A stretch of DNA of 64,000 bases from Macrostomum lignano (taxonomy: Eukaryota). Shown in pieces: positions 12,084-23,440 of the stretch. The position numbers and the translations under genes were made by a program. The stretch's first letter is position 1. Each line of letters starts with the position of its first letter. Where the stretch lies: the NCBI GenBank assembly GCA_002269645.1, contig NIVC01001274.1, positions 186,001 through 250,000 of the forward strand. The letters run 5' to 3'. The notes beneath the pieces were generated by a model. The model made no database searches and was not told where the DNA came from. It saw nothing but the letters and a program-made list of their open reading frames with translations.

Positions 12084-12635
12084 CTCCATTTCAGCATTCG
12101 AGGTGTGCCACGAAGCTCACAGATGTTCAATTGAAAAGATATTTTTGGTGTAAAGTCTACTCAGATGTTATATTGCAAAAATGCTTTTAGTTTAATTTTA
12201 AAAAGATTTTCCTTGCTGTAGTATGCATTTGATTTTTTTGTACAGTCACCATCTACGTCGTAAATTCTAAAGAAAATTCACTCCATTTCAGCATTCGAGG
12301 TGTGCCACGAAGCTCACAGATGTTCAATTGAAAAGATATTTTTGGTGTTAAGTCTACTCAGATGTTATATTGCAAAAATGCTTTTAGTTTAATTTTAAAA
12401 AGATTTTCCTTGCTGTAGTATGCATTTGATTTTTTTGTACAGTCACCATCTACGGCGTAAATTCTAAAGAAAATTCACTCCATTTCAGCATTCGAGGTGT
12501 GCCACGAAGCTCACAGATGTTCAATTGAAAAGATATTTTTTGTGTAAGGTCTACTCAGATGTTATATTGCAAAAATGCTATTAGTTTAATTTTAAAAAGA
12601 TTTTCCTTACTGTAGTATGCATTTGATTTTTTGTT
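12084..12635. repeat. Tandem repeat, 197-bp unit, ~2.8 copies
   Basis: Unit start ctccatttcagcattcgagg at 12084, 12281 and 12478; copies nearly identical. Confidence 0.95.
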
Positions 12636-13534
12636 TATTTATTTTCGTGGAACTGAACGTGGAACTGAAAATCCGGTCATAGAAGGGACTACCACCTGGT
12701 GAACGATTTTGTGAAATTTGACTGGTTTAACTTACGTCACTGCCTCCCGTTGCCTTAGCTGTTGTCCCCACCCGTTGCCCCTTCTGCTGGTCCTGCGTTC
12801 CCGCCTTTGGCCCCTCCCGTTGGTGTCTTTTGCCCTTGCGTGGCCCCTTTGTTTTTCTTACCTGAACCCGTTGGACGTTTCTTTCCACTGTTTGCCCCAT
12901 CGGTTGCCCCACCGGTTGCCCCATCGCCTGCCCGGTTGTCCCACCCCCTGCCCCACTTGATGTACGCTACTATTTAAATAATCATTTTGTGCGACGCTCA
13001 TGCTATGCTTCTCCTTGCTCCTTTCTCTCCTTTCCGCGCTCGCTCCCCATTTTGTGTTTTGTTAAATTTAGTCCGTGTCAATTGAGTGCTAGCTAGTTCA
13101 TCTTTTTTGTTCCTTATGTCACGATTATTGGTGTTGAGGCTATGACCCTTAGAAGGGCCGTTTTACGAGAGTTGCCGTAAGTCGTAGTCCCAAAATGAAT
13201 CGAGTCAAGTCTTGAGAAGCGGATTGTGTAGCGGAGCACTTGGCATACAAGGCAGGTAACTGCCGTAGTTGTTTTATTGTTTAAATCAATACAGTTGGGT
13301 TCGCGAGGAAAGGCTCAAATCTCGCGAGATCTCGCGAGGGGTCTCGCGAGAATCTGTGTGTAATTCGTTCGTCATTGGCTGAGCCATTAACTGGGGAGAG
13401 TAAGATTGAGCGCTGTTTGAGGTGGGTTGTTTATTGAGGTTGCCCGCTTTTTCGGCGTCCACCTTAACAGTTTCTCATAGTTTTTTATGGCAAACCCTTT
13501 CTTGTTTTTCCCCATCGAAAATATTGTCTGACAC

Positions 13535-13701
13535 CAGGAGCGGATCCAGAGGGGGGCCAAGGGGGCCATGGCCGCGGCCAAAGAAATTTTGATCATACTT
13601 TTTTGGCCTGCTTCTATGCCAGGTCTACTTTCCAATATGGGGTTGTAGTGTTTGGTATAGCTTGCCCCCCCCCCCTCAAAAATTTTCTGGATCCGCGCCA
13701 G
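13535..13701. mobile_element. hAT-type MITE nested in the Tc1-like element
   Basis: TIRs caggagcggatccaga and reverse complement of tctggatccgcgccag; exact 8-bp TSD TCTGACAC at 13527-34 and 13702-09. Confidence 0.8.
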
Positions 13702-15099
13702 TCTGACACAGCTAATAGGAAGACTAACAGCAATTTCACGAAGCTTGCAAATGGAGATTAGACGTCGCCTGACAGACAAGCAGCGTATTGATCTCCTGTC
13801 AAAGTTTTACTTAGAGAAAAGAAGTGTAGCTGAAATTCGTAGCGAAATTCAGGTCTTCCCGGCGTGCCATCAGGCGCCATCTTACTCTGTCAAGGACAAA
13901 AATTAGCAAGGATAAAATCTGCCCCGAAAATGGGGGCTTCATCGATGACGCCTGCTTGACGCCACTAATGGCCAAGTTTCAGCTCAAGACTTGTGCAATA
14001 GGGTGAGATTAAAGTTTGGTTTGCGCCTTTTTATCTGCACAATGAAGAGAATTCGGCGACTGCTGGGTTGGGTTCGAACAACAACACAGTATTGCCAGAT
14101 GATCAAGTTGAAAAATAAACCCATTCGGCTATTATGTGAAGCCACCTCAAGGATCATCTGGACAAGAAGATCAAGCCAAAGACGGAGCAAGCACTGGCCG
14201 ATGGAATTGAAGAATTCTGGAAGCTACTGGCTGTTCAGATGTGCAACAAATCTATAGATAATATTTTTCCGTACTGCCCTCTGTCATGTTACAGTCATGA
14301 CTTCCCTCAGGATTTTAAGCTTGTTTGCCTGCTTCTTGTTTGTAACACGGGGACTCTCAGCTACGCTCGTAGTTTGCTCGGTGCGGGGCCATGGGGTGGG
14401 TGTTCTCGGAGCTAAGGCACCCTCTTGTTGGTGTATACCGACAGGCAGTATTACCCAGTCCTATTAGCCGGTTTGAGGCAAAGCAAGCTATGATGCTCGC
14501 CCTTCTCCGTTTCAATCCTTCACCAGGGTATGAGTCATTTATTTGTCCACAGAGCCTCTATTTTACGATAGTCCGAATAGAGTATTCTAATAGTCCGAAG
14601 TCAGCCAAGCCTCTTATTCTCTGAACAAATGGGGAATGGGGATCAAACTATAACAGTCTACTGCAAATACCGTGCTCCATGGTTTAGACTTTGGGACTTC
14701 GAAAAGGTGGGCGGGGTGGCTGTCAATTCAAGCTTGAATATGAGCAGAGTTAAATTTATGGTCACACTGTCGTCAAGCCCCTTTTCTCCTTATGCGCATT
14801 GATTGTGACTAGTTGTGGATCGTTACACACAAGCCAACCCTATAGAGTAACTTTTTTTCAATTTAGGCCTATTGGTACGATTGATTCGGATTGAAAAGCA
14901 GACTATAGTATAAATAACTGACTGGCTTGCATCGTGATAAAAATATATTTATAACAGCTCACCTTAAAAGTCACATATCGTCATCTTTTGTCAGTCTTTT
15001 TCAGTTCCAACTTTTGGCCTATTGTTTCGGTTTGTATAGCGATAAAAACAGCACGCAAATAACTCACTATAATGACTTAGCTTGCAAATTAACTTCACA

Positions 15100-15225
15100 C
15101 ACTCACTCACTCGCTCACACTCACCCACTCGCTCACACTCACCCACTCGCTCACACTCACCCACTCGCTCACACTCACTCACACTCACTCAGTCGCTCAC
15201 AATCACTCACTCGCTCACACTCACG
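15100..15225. repeat. CA-rich minisatellite (18-bp unit ctcacccactcgctcaca)
   Basis: About 4 near-perfect units plus degenerate flanks; explains the spurious THSH/ECERVG ORFs. Confidence 0.9.
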
Positions 15226-15951
15226 AAGTTCGAGATTGGGTTTTTAGTTAAGCTTTCTTATTTTAGGTGTATATTGTAAAACATTTTGTTTTACAAGACG
15301 AACTGTCGGCAGATAAATGAACTGGAAACCCTTGACGGTGCACAGACTGCACACTATATTATCCCTCCATTGTCATGTTGCTCACTACTTATTTTGTAAT
15401 TAACATTGTAAACTGCAATAAAAAACGCAAATTTTTCACTTCGCTGGAATTAATGAATTTTTTACACTAATGTTAACATCAAAGTACTAATTGCTGTTAT
15501 TCAACAAAAATCTCAAAATTCTAATTTAAAATTAATTGTATAACGATTACGAGAATCTTAGTATGCAACTTTCTAGGCAACAATTTTCACTGCTTTGAGA
15601 CGATTTATATAACTACACTCCGAAATATATCAAGCAAATCTCTGTGAGCTCGTACGAGCCCTGGACCCCCCCCCCCCATTTCGCACACCATGCATGCACC
15701 AACCCCAATTATCCCCATCCCCAGGGGGTTTTCTCTCTCGATTCAGCCTACAAGCTCAATAAACGCTCAGCCAATGGAGAGAGAGTTTCACACAGATTCT
15801 CGCGAAATCTCGCGAGGGTCTCGCGAGATTTGAGCCTTTCCTCGCGAACCCAACTGTATTCAAATTTGGTTAACGTTAATACAGAACTTATTGTACTTTT
15901 GGGACACTGGCGGCTGCAACAATGGTTTTGAATTGGAGGTGAATTAGAAAT

Positions 15952-16321
15952 TGTAGTCGAGTGGTAGGCGAGTGATTCAGGGCGATGCAACGTGGTGAGT
16001 AGCGGCGATGAGCACAGAAGAGGCAGATGCGTAGTGGTGAGATTGGCGTTAGCCGTGGCAGACAGTGGCAGTGTAAACAGGCTGGCCCAGACAGCGGAGC
16101 CGTGGCGAGAGATAAGGAGGCAGTCAGAAGGCAGGAGAAGGAAAACAAGAGCCGCGAAGAACAGACAAGTGAGGAGTGCCCGCCGCCAGGCGGGGGGTTA
16201 ATAAAGAGCGCAAAAGGGGGGGAGCGTAAACACTGAGAGTTTTCATTGGCTGGCGAGAGAACTTAAAATTATCGATCGTGCCAATTTTATACGGTCGCGA
16301 GAGAGGATAGCAAAAGATACA
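15952..16321 (-). repeat. 370-bp TG...CA segment, possible solo LTR or retroposed insert
   Basis: Minus strand reads TGTATC...CGACTACA; flanked by direct repeat gtgaattagaaattg (15939-53, 16322-36). Confidence 0.35.
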
Positions 16322-18447
16322 GTGAATTAGAAATTGCCACAAAATCGTTGGGCACTAACTACTACAAGTAAACGTCGCAATAAACAAATGGAAAAGTTTA
16401 GTTGAAACGGTGAAACTGAAGGGTTGAAACTATAGAGAAACAGCAGTCCGACGGCCCTTTTCGGGACCACCTTAAACTGGCAACGTCACACTTATCTACA
16501 CCCCCGGTGCTAAGCGCATCATCTTATCATCATAGTAATACCCATTGGCTGGACTTAATAACTTAGTTTTAAATTGTGAATCCGCTCAAATTAACTTAAT
16601 AAAGTGACAACTATAATTTCCTTAAGTCGTTATTTGACCGAGGCCTTCATAGTTTTATCTTGAGTAATTTGCCCGTGGGGCGTAAAACAACCGATCATCT
16701 CAACTCCTAACGAGCTCTGAGATCTTAACGTTCTGTAATACGAACAAATTACGGTGGTGGCAGCAACCTACCCTACTGACAGTAATCAGTTCTGCAAATC
16801 GACACATTATTTTCGGTGTCAGAATCTCCGGTGTCTACTAACTGAACGACCGTGCCGCTCTAACGACCGCTCTGCTACGATTACGACTACCCTCCCCCCG
16901 GACTTGAGAACCCGGCAGTCGGAGTGAAGAGAAAATTCGTTGTGATTCGTCTGCGCGATTTTCCGGATTTAGTTCGCGCGAACTCAACGTCATTCGGTTT
17001 CGAAGAAACCCAACTTTTTCAAACCACACCCAACCTACTATAAATTTTATTATCTTTACAATTAGATAAGAATTAGAACAATTGTATCAACATAAAATTT
17101 GAGCGCAAGCCTCTATTGCAGTACATCACTCAAGAGTCAAGACTCAACATAACATTATCAACTTTGATGAAATTAGAACGCGAGTATACGCCATCGCCAT
17201 ATATAGTGAGTGAGCCCGGCGCGCGCTAGTAGCCGCTATTGCCAGTATCATCATTTGAATTGCTATTTCGAACAATTTCTTCAATATCAATTTCGTGAAT
17301 TACGTCTGCTACATTTTTCCTCGCTCACTACACAATCAAGGTGTCCAGCTGACCAGATAGTGGACCCAAAACTTTCAAACTTCCTTCATGCGCTCACAAC
17401 TACTTTATGGACTTATAAAATTATGAGTGAGCAATGAGCATACTCGTATAATGATAATGACAAGAACTACTGTATATTTATTAGACTGACTAGACTGTAT
17501 TCCAGTGGTCCTTGGACAATGAGAGCCCTTTGGAGTCAATGCTTCACTATCCATGGCTTCTGTTTATCCATAGTAAATAATTACCTTGCTTGTACGAGGC
17601 CTCCACAGGACTCTTCAGTTTGAAAGAAATTACAATCATGCTACGAGAATTCTTACCGCTACTCGAGACTGCAAAATTAATTATAAAGAAGGGCATCGAT
17701 CCGGAATATAATCCCACAAATTTAAGTTCAAAGTCAAACTCGAGGCAACTTCTTTTAAAGAAGTACTCGCCAGTAAAAAACCTATCCAAGACTATGATCA
17801 TCTGGTAGGGAAAATGGCAGAGTTCAAGAAAATTTATATTGCCATGCATATATATGTGTATGTATATTTTTCCAGCACACATCAGTTAATTTGGAGCTCA
17901 TGGATGGGATCAAGATAGTGCTGGTGCATGTAAAAGTCGAGAAAGGCTGTACAGGGGTGGAAAATATATTGTTAAAACGCTTCTTTTAGGCACACAGTCT
18001 TATCAAAGATGAGCATCGAAAAACTACAGAGACACTAGCTGTATAATAAAAACTCCTTGAACTAAAACAGCAACATAGGGGTGTGCTTCAGGTCTTGGTA
18101 GCAAACGTATAACATAATAAGTAAAGGATCGACGCGACGCTGATCGTTGGAATCTGCATGGGGCTCGCCGAAGTCACCCAGCAGATAGGCGAGCAGAGGA
18201 ACAATCCAGTGCTTGTCCTTGATGAGCGTTCGCGACTCGGTGCGGAATGATCATGTGTTTCAGCTAGCTGTCAGCTGGAGTCGCCGACGGTGCAACTAGT
18301 AAAGTGAATGATAGAGTTCCTAGTCAGAAGCATATACAAATACAGCTAAGTGTGCTAAGTCTACATGTACATAATGAATCATTAATCTGTTACATATGTT
18401 CAAGTTCAAAAACAAAAGGATGAAACGTAAACCGAAACAAGACTACA

Positions 18448-18666
18448 TGTCAGCGATTAGTTACAGGTGTCAGCGATTAGTTGCATGTGTCAGCGATTAG
18501 TTGCATGTGTCAGCGATTAGTTGCATGTGTCAGCGATTAGTTGCATGTGTCAGCGATTAGTTGCATGTGTCAGCGATTAGTTACAGGTGTCAGCAATTAG
18601 TTGCATGTGTCAGCGATTAGTTACAGGTGTCAGCGATTAGTTGCAGGAATCAGCAATTCGTTGCAG
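18448..18666. repeat. 20-bp minisatellite overlapping the stop codon of gene A
   Basis: (ttgcatgtgtcagcgattag)n with cagcgattag/cagcaattag at 18451, 18471, ... 18631 (10 copies) plus a degenerate copy inside the coding end. Confidence 0.95.
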
Positions 18667-21436
18667 CCACACAAAGCCGCTGTCGCTGCCCGTGTTACCG
18701 CCTGTGGTGGCCACACAGCCGCTGCCGCCGCAGAAGGAGCCGCCGCCGCCTCCTCCGTGCTCTTTGAGAGTTCCGGCTCCGCCTCCGCTGTAGCCTCCGC
18801 CGGTTCCTGCAGAGCCTTTGTCAGAGCCTGGCGCAGCGCCACCACCGCCTCCGCCGCCAAAGCCGCCGTGGGCTGGGCTGCCAACCCCGGCGAGGCCGCC
18901 GACCCAGCCTTCGGCCCGACCGCCGCCTCCGTCTCCGGACTCATTGTCTCGTCGCACGCCTGTAAGTCTGCCCAGCCAGCCGGCTCCGCAACCGCCGGGA
19001 TTTCTATTGTGGTCTGCGGTGCTCTGGTCGCTGCTGCCTGGCTGTCCGTTGGCGCCTCCGACGCCAGTTTTTGTTGCCTGCAGTTGTTAGTAAGTTTCTC
19101 TTCTAAAAGTCTCCTCGATACCTATTAGCAGCACGAATTAAAAGAACATTCTACCACTTAAAATGCACCCCGATTGAAACAAAAAAATAGTTGCTTTGAC
19201 TCACATCAAAACTACCAATTGAGTTCGTGCCGTTCATGCCTGCCTGACCGTCGGCACCTAAAAATGCAGATGAAACTGCTTTTACTGAATGAAATGCAGA
19301 TGAGACTGCTGCTCTCCAAAAAAGATCTCTTTACTCCCCATGCAGGTACTGATTTTGAAAACCGCTAGAACTAAATTTGGATCTATAATTCTTTGGCAGT
19401 GCTACTGTAATACGCTCTTAGTTAAATAGTTAAACCGGCTTTGAAGGTCTCAAGTAATCTAATTCATAACTTGCAACAATACCCCGTACTCTACCATTTC
19501 TCAAAAGCTAGCTCTGAAAATTCCAAAGATTTAGTAACACAGTCGGGTAACCAATCAGCAAACCGTTATTATTTTGTGAAGCTCCTCCACCACCGCCAGC
19601 GGCCATTAGCAGCGAATTGTCCGATGTCCGGTACACGAAGCTGCCTCCTCCGCCTCCGCCACCGCTATCGTCCTTTTGGGCCGGACCTCCGGCCTGACCG
19701 ACAACGATGGCCAGCTGAGTGCCTGCCGTCAGGCTGACATTGCCAGCCACCAGGGCTCCCCTGCCGCCATATTTGGCACTGCCAGCTAGGGTGTTGTTGC
19801 CACCGTGAGCTCCGGCGAGTTCGATTCGGTAGCAGCCGGTCACGTCAATCAATGTGTAATGAATGGAACCAAACCGGCCCACCGTAGCGTCTGGAATTAT
19901 ATTTTCGGTTTAGTTGGAAGTGAAATAAGCTGAAATCAAACTACATTAATCAGGAACTCGAGAACTTTTTGTTTCTAGAACTTTTAACGACAATTCTGAC
20001 TGCCAGCCTTTTGTATATAGCAAGAATTCAACAGTTTCACTATGAACTCTGATCTTTGTTTCGACTGTTTCAAGACTATTGAGATACCGTACCAATTTAA
20101 CATTATTCTTTCATTCATTTGTCAGCTGTCATTTTATTACTTGGCGGTGATCGCATACATGTATTAATCAAATAAACTATACGATATTTATAAACTGCAG
20201 AGTGGTATAAAACGGACGGGAAAACTTCCAATTATTCCATCTTCAAGAAGTTTGCTTGCATGATTAAGATGACGAGCGTAAATGTAGAATTAGAAATCTT
20301 ATAGACGTGGGTCCGGTCCACGACGTTTGACTATAGCTACCAGTAGTTTGACTGCCGAGTATTTGTAGACCACTAGAAATTGAATTCTGACTCTAACCCT
20401 AACCCTAATCTAAATTCTAACCTATCAACCCATCGCAGTCAAACTGCCTCTAAATTCGCATTCAGATACACAGTGTGACGGTGTCAAATTCTGTCAGATA
20501 CTTTATGGATCATTACGAGCGTAACATTGACGTTTGTGATTTTTTAATGTAATCTTTATAAATTAACCTGATCTGTTCATCTATTCAATATAATCAATAC
20601 TTAAGTTTGTTTTAATTGTATCTCAAAAAGCGAATTATTTTGAAGCGTAATTATTGTGTCGGTTTTTAAATACCGTCTTCCTTCGCGGGCGCTAGCATTG
20701 TCTTGTGACCAATCAGTGGCAATCACACACTAGCTACGGTCTCTACTGCGAAAACTCAATCTATTACATGATAGACTAAAGGCCCTTTAAGATATTATGC
20801 GTTTAACTACTACAGAAGCCTGTCCCTTTCGATTGTTATAGAACGGCTGTCAATTAGTAATAAACAAATAAATTATACATTCTCAGTTAAAAGCATACTT
20901 TACGACTACACTACTGTTCACTTCGTCACACATAGTTCTTGTACTGAAGTCTCTCTTACTTTGAAACTCGAGGGTGACATTGGAAACCGGAGCCAGCTTG
21001 ATCAGATCTTCAAAGTTCTGCAACCTCATCACAATTGCATCAGGCTCCGTCCCCATGAGTCTCCACTCGTTGGTCCCAGCTGGAACTCCTGGCTGCTGAG
21101 ACACTGTCACTAGCAGACAAAGACCGCTGCTCTTTCTAAATACGGCGGCAGAGCAGCGCATATGTCCGCACCGCATGGTGCATTCTTCAGCTGACGTCAC
21201 TCCACTGACGTTTAACACATGGCTGGTGATAGTCGAGTTTATTTCCAGAGCACCATTGTACTGGATGTAGCGAGTTCGGTTGCAGTTGCCTACCGAATAA
21301 TTCAAGCAATTTTTGTTTTAAACAACACGAAATGATAAGACACTAATACTGAATAAGTTTTACCTTCCACAGAGACAATGCAGCACAGAATCATAATGGT
21401 AGCAGCCGTCTGACTTTGAATACTTCCAGAGCACAT
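18637..21436 (-). CDS. Gene A: secreted PAN/Apple + ALK/LTK-type glycine-rich domain protein, 407 aa, 5 exons
   Basis: Exons 21436-21364 (MCSGSIQSQTAATIMILCCIVSVE-G), 21289-20960 (PAN: EECTMRCGHMRCSAAVFRKSSGLCLLV), 19890-19564 (GCYRIELAGAHGG...GGRGALVAGNVSL..GTQLAIVVGQAG...GGGGGSFVY...LLMAAGGGGGA), 19257-19205, 19077-18637 (GGCGAGW...GGFGGGGGG...GGGYSGG...GGGGSFC...GFVWL). All introns GT-AG, phases 1,1,1,0, total 1224 nt. Confidence 0.88.
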
Positions 21437-22230
21437 TGTGGATTATTCCTGCTACGAGCCGTAGTGAGGGAGCAAAAGTTTTTGCAACTAGCCTTCTCTG
21501 CCTAATTATAAGCGCTATTTCCAGGAAATTATTGGCTTGTCGAGATAAAAAGCAACTTGAAGAAAAAGAGGAGTAACAAGTCTGCTTCAGTTGTTCGGCA
21601 ACACAACACATGCACAAGGAAGCGGTAGCAAAGATTCGACTCAATACTTCCGCCTTTAAAAGCTACTAAAAATTGGGACTCAAAATGAAGACAACCTCTG
21701 TTAATTTTCTTTTCACTGTTGTGTTGTAGGCTGCAAGTTGCTAATTGCCTCACTTAACAGTTGGAGAGCTCCAGTAAAAAGTGCTTTAAATGATGGGCTA
21801 ACCATTAAAATCCCTCCTGCTGTCATCCTTGTGAGATGTAGTGTTTGCGCTAAAAAGGAACCCAGTGAATAGCCAATACGCTCGTAAGCTAGATGTAGTA
21901 AATTATGCATTAGCTCTGTTGTTTAAGTGCAGACCCGGTAAACACGTTAAACTCAGGGGAGAGAATTTAATGCGTTGGGAATTCCATGTGCCACAATATG
22001 CTTATGCTCATTTCCCTACCAAAAACGTATGGTAGAAAGACCTATTACAAAAAAAATTGGCGAAGTGCTGTCAAATGAAACCCGAAGTTCGACACCCCGA
22101 CCAAATGGACTGCAGTAGAAAACTTGCCAGACCGGTCGACTGTACGCGACAGCCCATATTGCGGTTCATCTCTTGGTATTAATGTGATTTAATAGGGATT
22201 AGTTTTATTTTAAGGCTCTAAGACAGAACC

Positions 22231-22830
22231 TGTGGTGACTTGGCTGGGTTGATTTTTGTTAGGGATGTTAGCTTGTACTTTATTCAGTGTTTGGGGGTGG
22301 TGTTTTTACCTGTTTCGCTCTGTGCGGCTTTCTACAATATCTTGATGTACTCTCTTACTCATGTACGTTCTTCAATCTGGCTACTTTTGTTCTCCAACCT
22401 TATCCACTAAATGTATCGTGCTCAATACTTACAATATAAATCGCAGTCGCTTGCCTCGTATCAAGCTTATATCGTTCTACAATCTAAAGTGAAGTCTTTA
22501 CACTGGCGACGAGCCATGAGCTTGTTGGGCTCAGTTGAACCCTTTGAAGAGGGGAGTGAAAAATGGCAGCAGTATCAAGCCAGATTGGAGCAGTTCTTCG
22601 AGGCGAACGACATCAGACCTTAAAGCAGCGTGCGGTTCTTCTGAGCGTCTGCGGCAGGAAGACCTACCAGCTGATCGCCAGCCTGCTGTCTCCGCAAGAG
22701 CCGGCCAAGTCTGACTACGCTACGATCTGCGAAAAGTTAAAAGATCATTTTGATCCTGCACCGCCCGAGATTGTGCACCGTTTCCGGTTTTACAGCCGCG
22801 GCCGTCAGCCTGGCGAAACCATCGCCGATC
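22231..22830 (+). mobile_element. Ty3/gypsy 5' fragment (putative LTR, PBS, gag N-terminus), truncated
   Basis: ...tttACA c TGGCGACGAG (PBS-like, 22504), then ATG 22516: MSLLGSVEPFEEGSEKWQQYQARLEQFFEAND..*KQRAVLLSVCG...LKDHFDP...RFRFYSRGRQPGETIAD, a typical gypsy gag with an internal stop. LTR start at TGTGG 22231 is tentative. Confidence 0.75.
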
Positions 22831-23440
22831 GGCCTGGCGTCAACATGCAGAAACCGTCGTGTTTCCGCGCTGGTCTGGTTCCCGGCGTCCGCGAGGATTT
22901 GCGGCATCGCCGCGGACTTGCCTGGGCTGCCTTTCGTCTGTGAGGGCAGTCCTGCAGTCCGAGGCCTTACCTGACCGCCAGAAGGCGGCGTTTTTCCAGC
23001 CGATATTGAGATCGTCCTGCTGTACAACGCCAAGACTTGGACGCTGACGGAGTCGCCCGAGCAACAAGTTGACGCGGCGCACGCTGGCCTGCTGCGCGCC
23101 GCCTTCAAAATCGGTCACGAGCGAGTGGCCGAGTAACCAACGCGGCTTTGTATCGCCGCGCCGGCCTGGTCCGTCCAAGCGACCTGTTGCGCCGTCGGCG
23201 ACTCCAGCTAGCACGCCACATCATCTGCACCGAGTTGTACCGCCCACAGCCGGTGCAGGAGGTGCTGCTGCTAACGCTGCAGGCACCTTACCGGCGGCGG
23301 GGGCAGGCGCGCACTCGGCGTTTCGTCGACTGCCTGCTGGCTGATGCCGGCGCCCCGGATTCGGCCGGCGGCGTTGCATTCGTTCGCGACCTGGCCTTGA
23401 GGTGCACCCTGTGACGCTGAACGCGTATTCTGTTGTTGTG
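22830..23440 (+). pseudogene. RTE-like RT C-terminal fragment abutting the gag fragment
   Basis: RRGLAWAAFR...QSEALPDRQ and LRRRRLQLARH...QPVQEVLLLTLQAPYRRRGQARTRRFVDCL; homologous to 10222-10800; tgttgttg tail. Confidence 0.8.

Larger units (their letters stand above)
9300..12680. mobile_element. Non-autonomous TIR DNA element with 9-bp TSD (Mutator/MULE-like), carrying nested cargo
   Basis: ~33-bp imperfect TIRs ATGACCGGATTTTCgGTTctcgGTTCAGTTCC and reverse complement of GGAACTGAACgtggAACtGAAAATCCGGTCAT. Exact flanking direct repeat AGAAGGGAC at 9291-9299 and 12681-12689. No transposase inside. Confidence 0.8.
13292..15856 (+). mobile_element. Internally deleted Tc1-like DNA transposon
   Basis: ~100-bp TIRs beginning CAGTTGGGTTCGCGAGGAAAGGCTCAAATCTCGCGAG, TA on both flanks (13290-91, 15857-58). 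Interior 13751-14270 encodes MEIRRRLTDKQRIDLL..., CTMKRIRRLLGWVRTTTQYCQMIKLKNK fused to HLKDHLDKKIKPKTEQALADGIEEFW; the DDE core is deleted. Confidence 0.8.

Noticed and set aside
12084-12635. 197-bp and 20-bp (18448-18666) arrays as CRISPR
   Set aside because: Head-to-tail repeats without unique spacers, no cas genes, eukaryotic context.
16690-16830. tggtggcagca and cggtgtcagaa words suggesting another LTR end and PBS
   Set aside because: No gag/pol follows and no second LTR or clear boundary could be defined.
17547-17882. ORFs of 72-111 aa on both strands
   Set aside because: No recognisable motif, splice context or paralog.
18601-19128. Ala/Pro-rich ORFs here and at 24901-25215, 46184-46663 and 49372-49629
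   Set aside because: They are antisense or off-frame shadows of the GGC-rich GRD exons.
20390-20425. ctaaccctaaccctaatct telomere-like motif
   Set aside because: Only about 2-3 units inside intron 2 of gene A; too short to interpret and common within invertebrate repeats.
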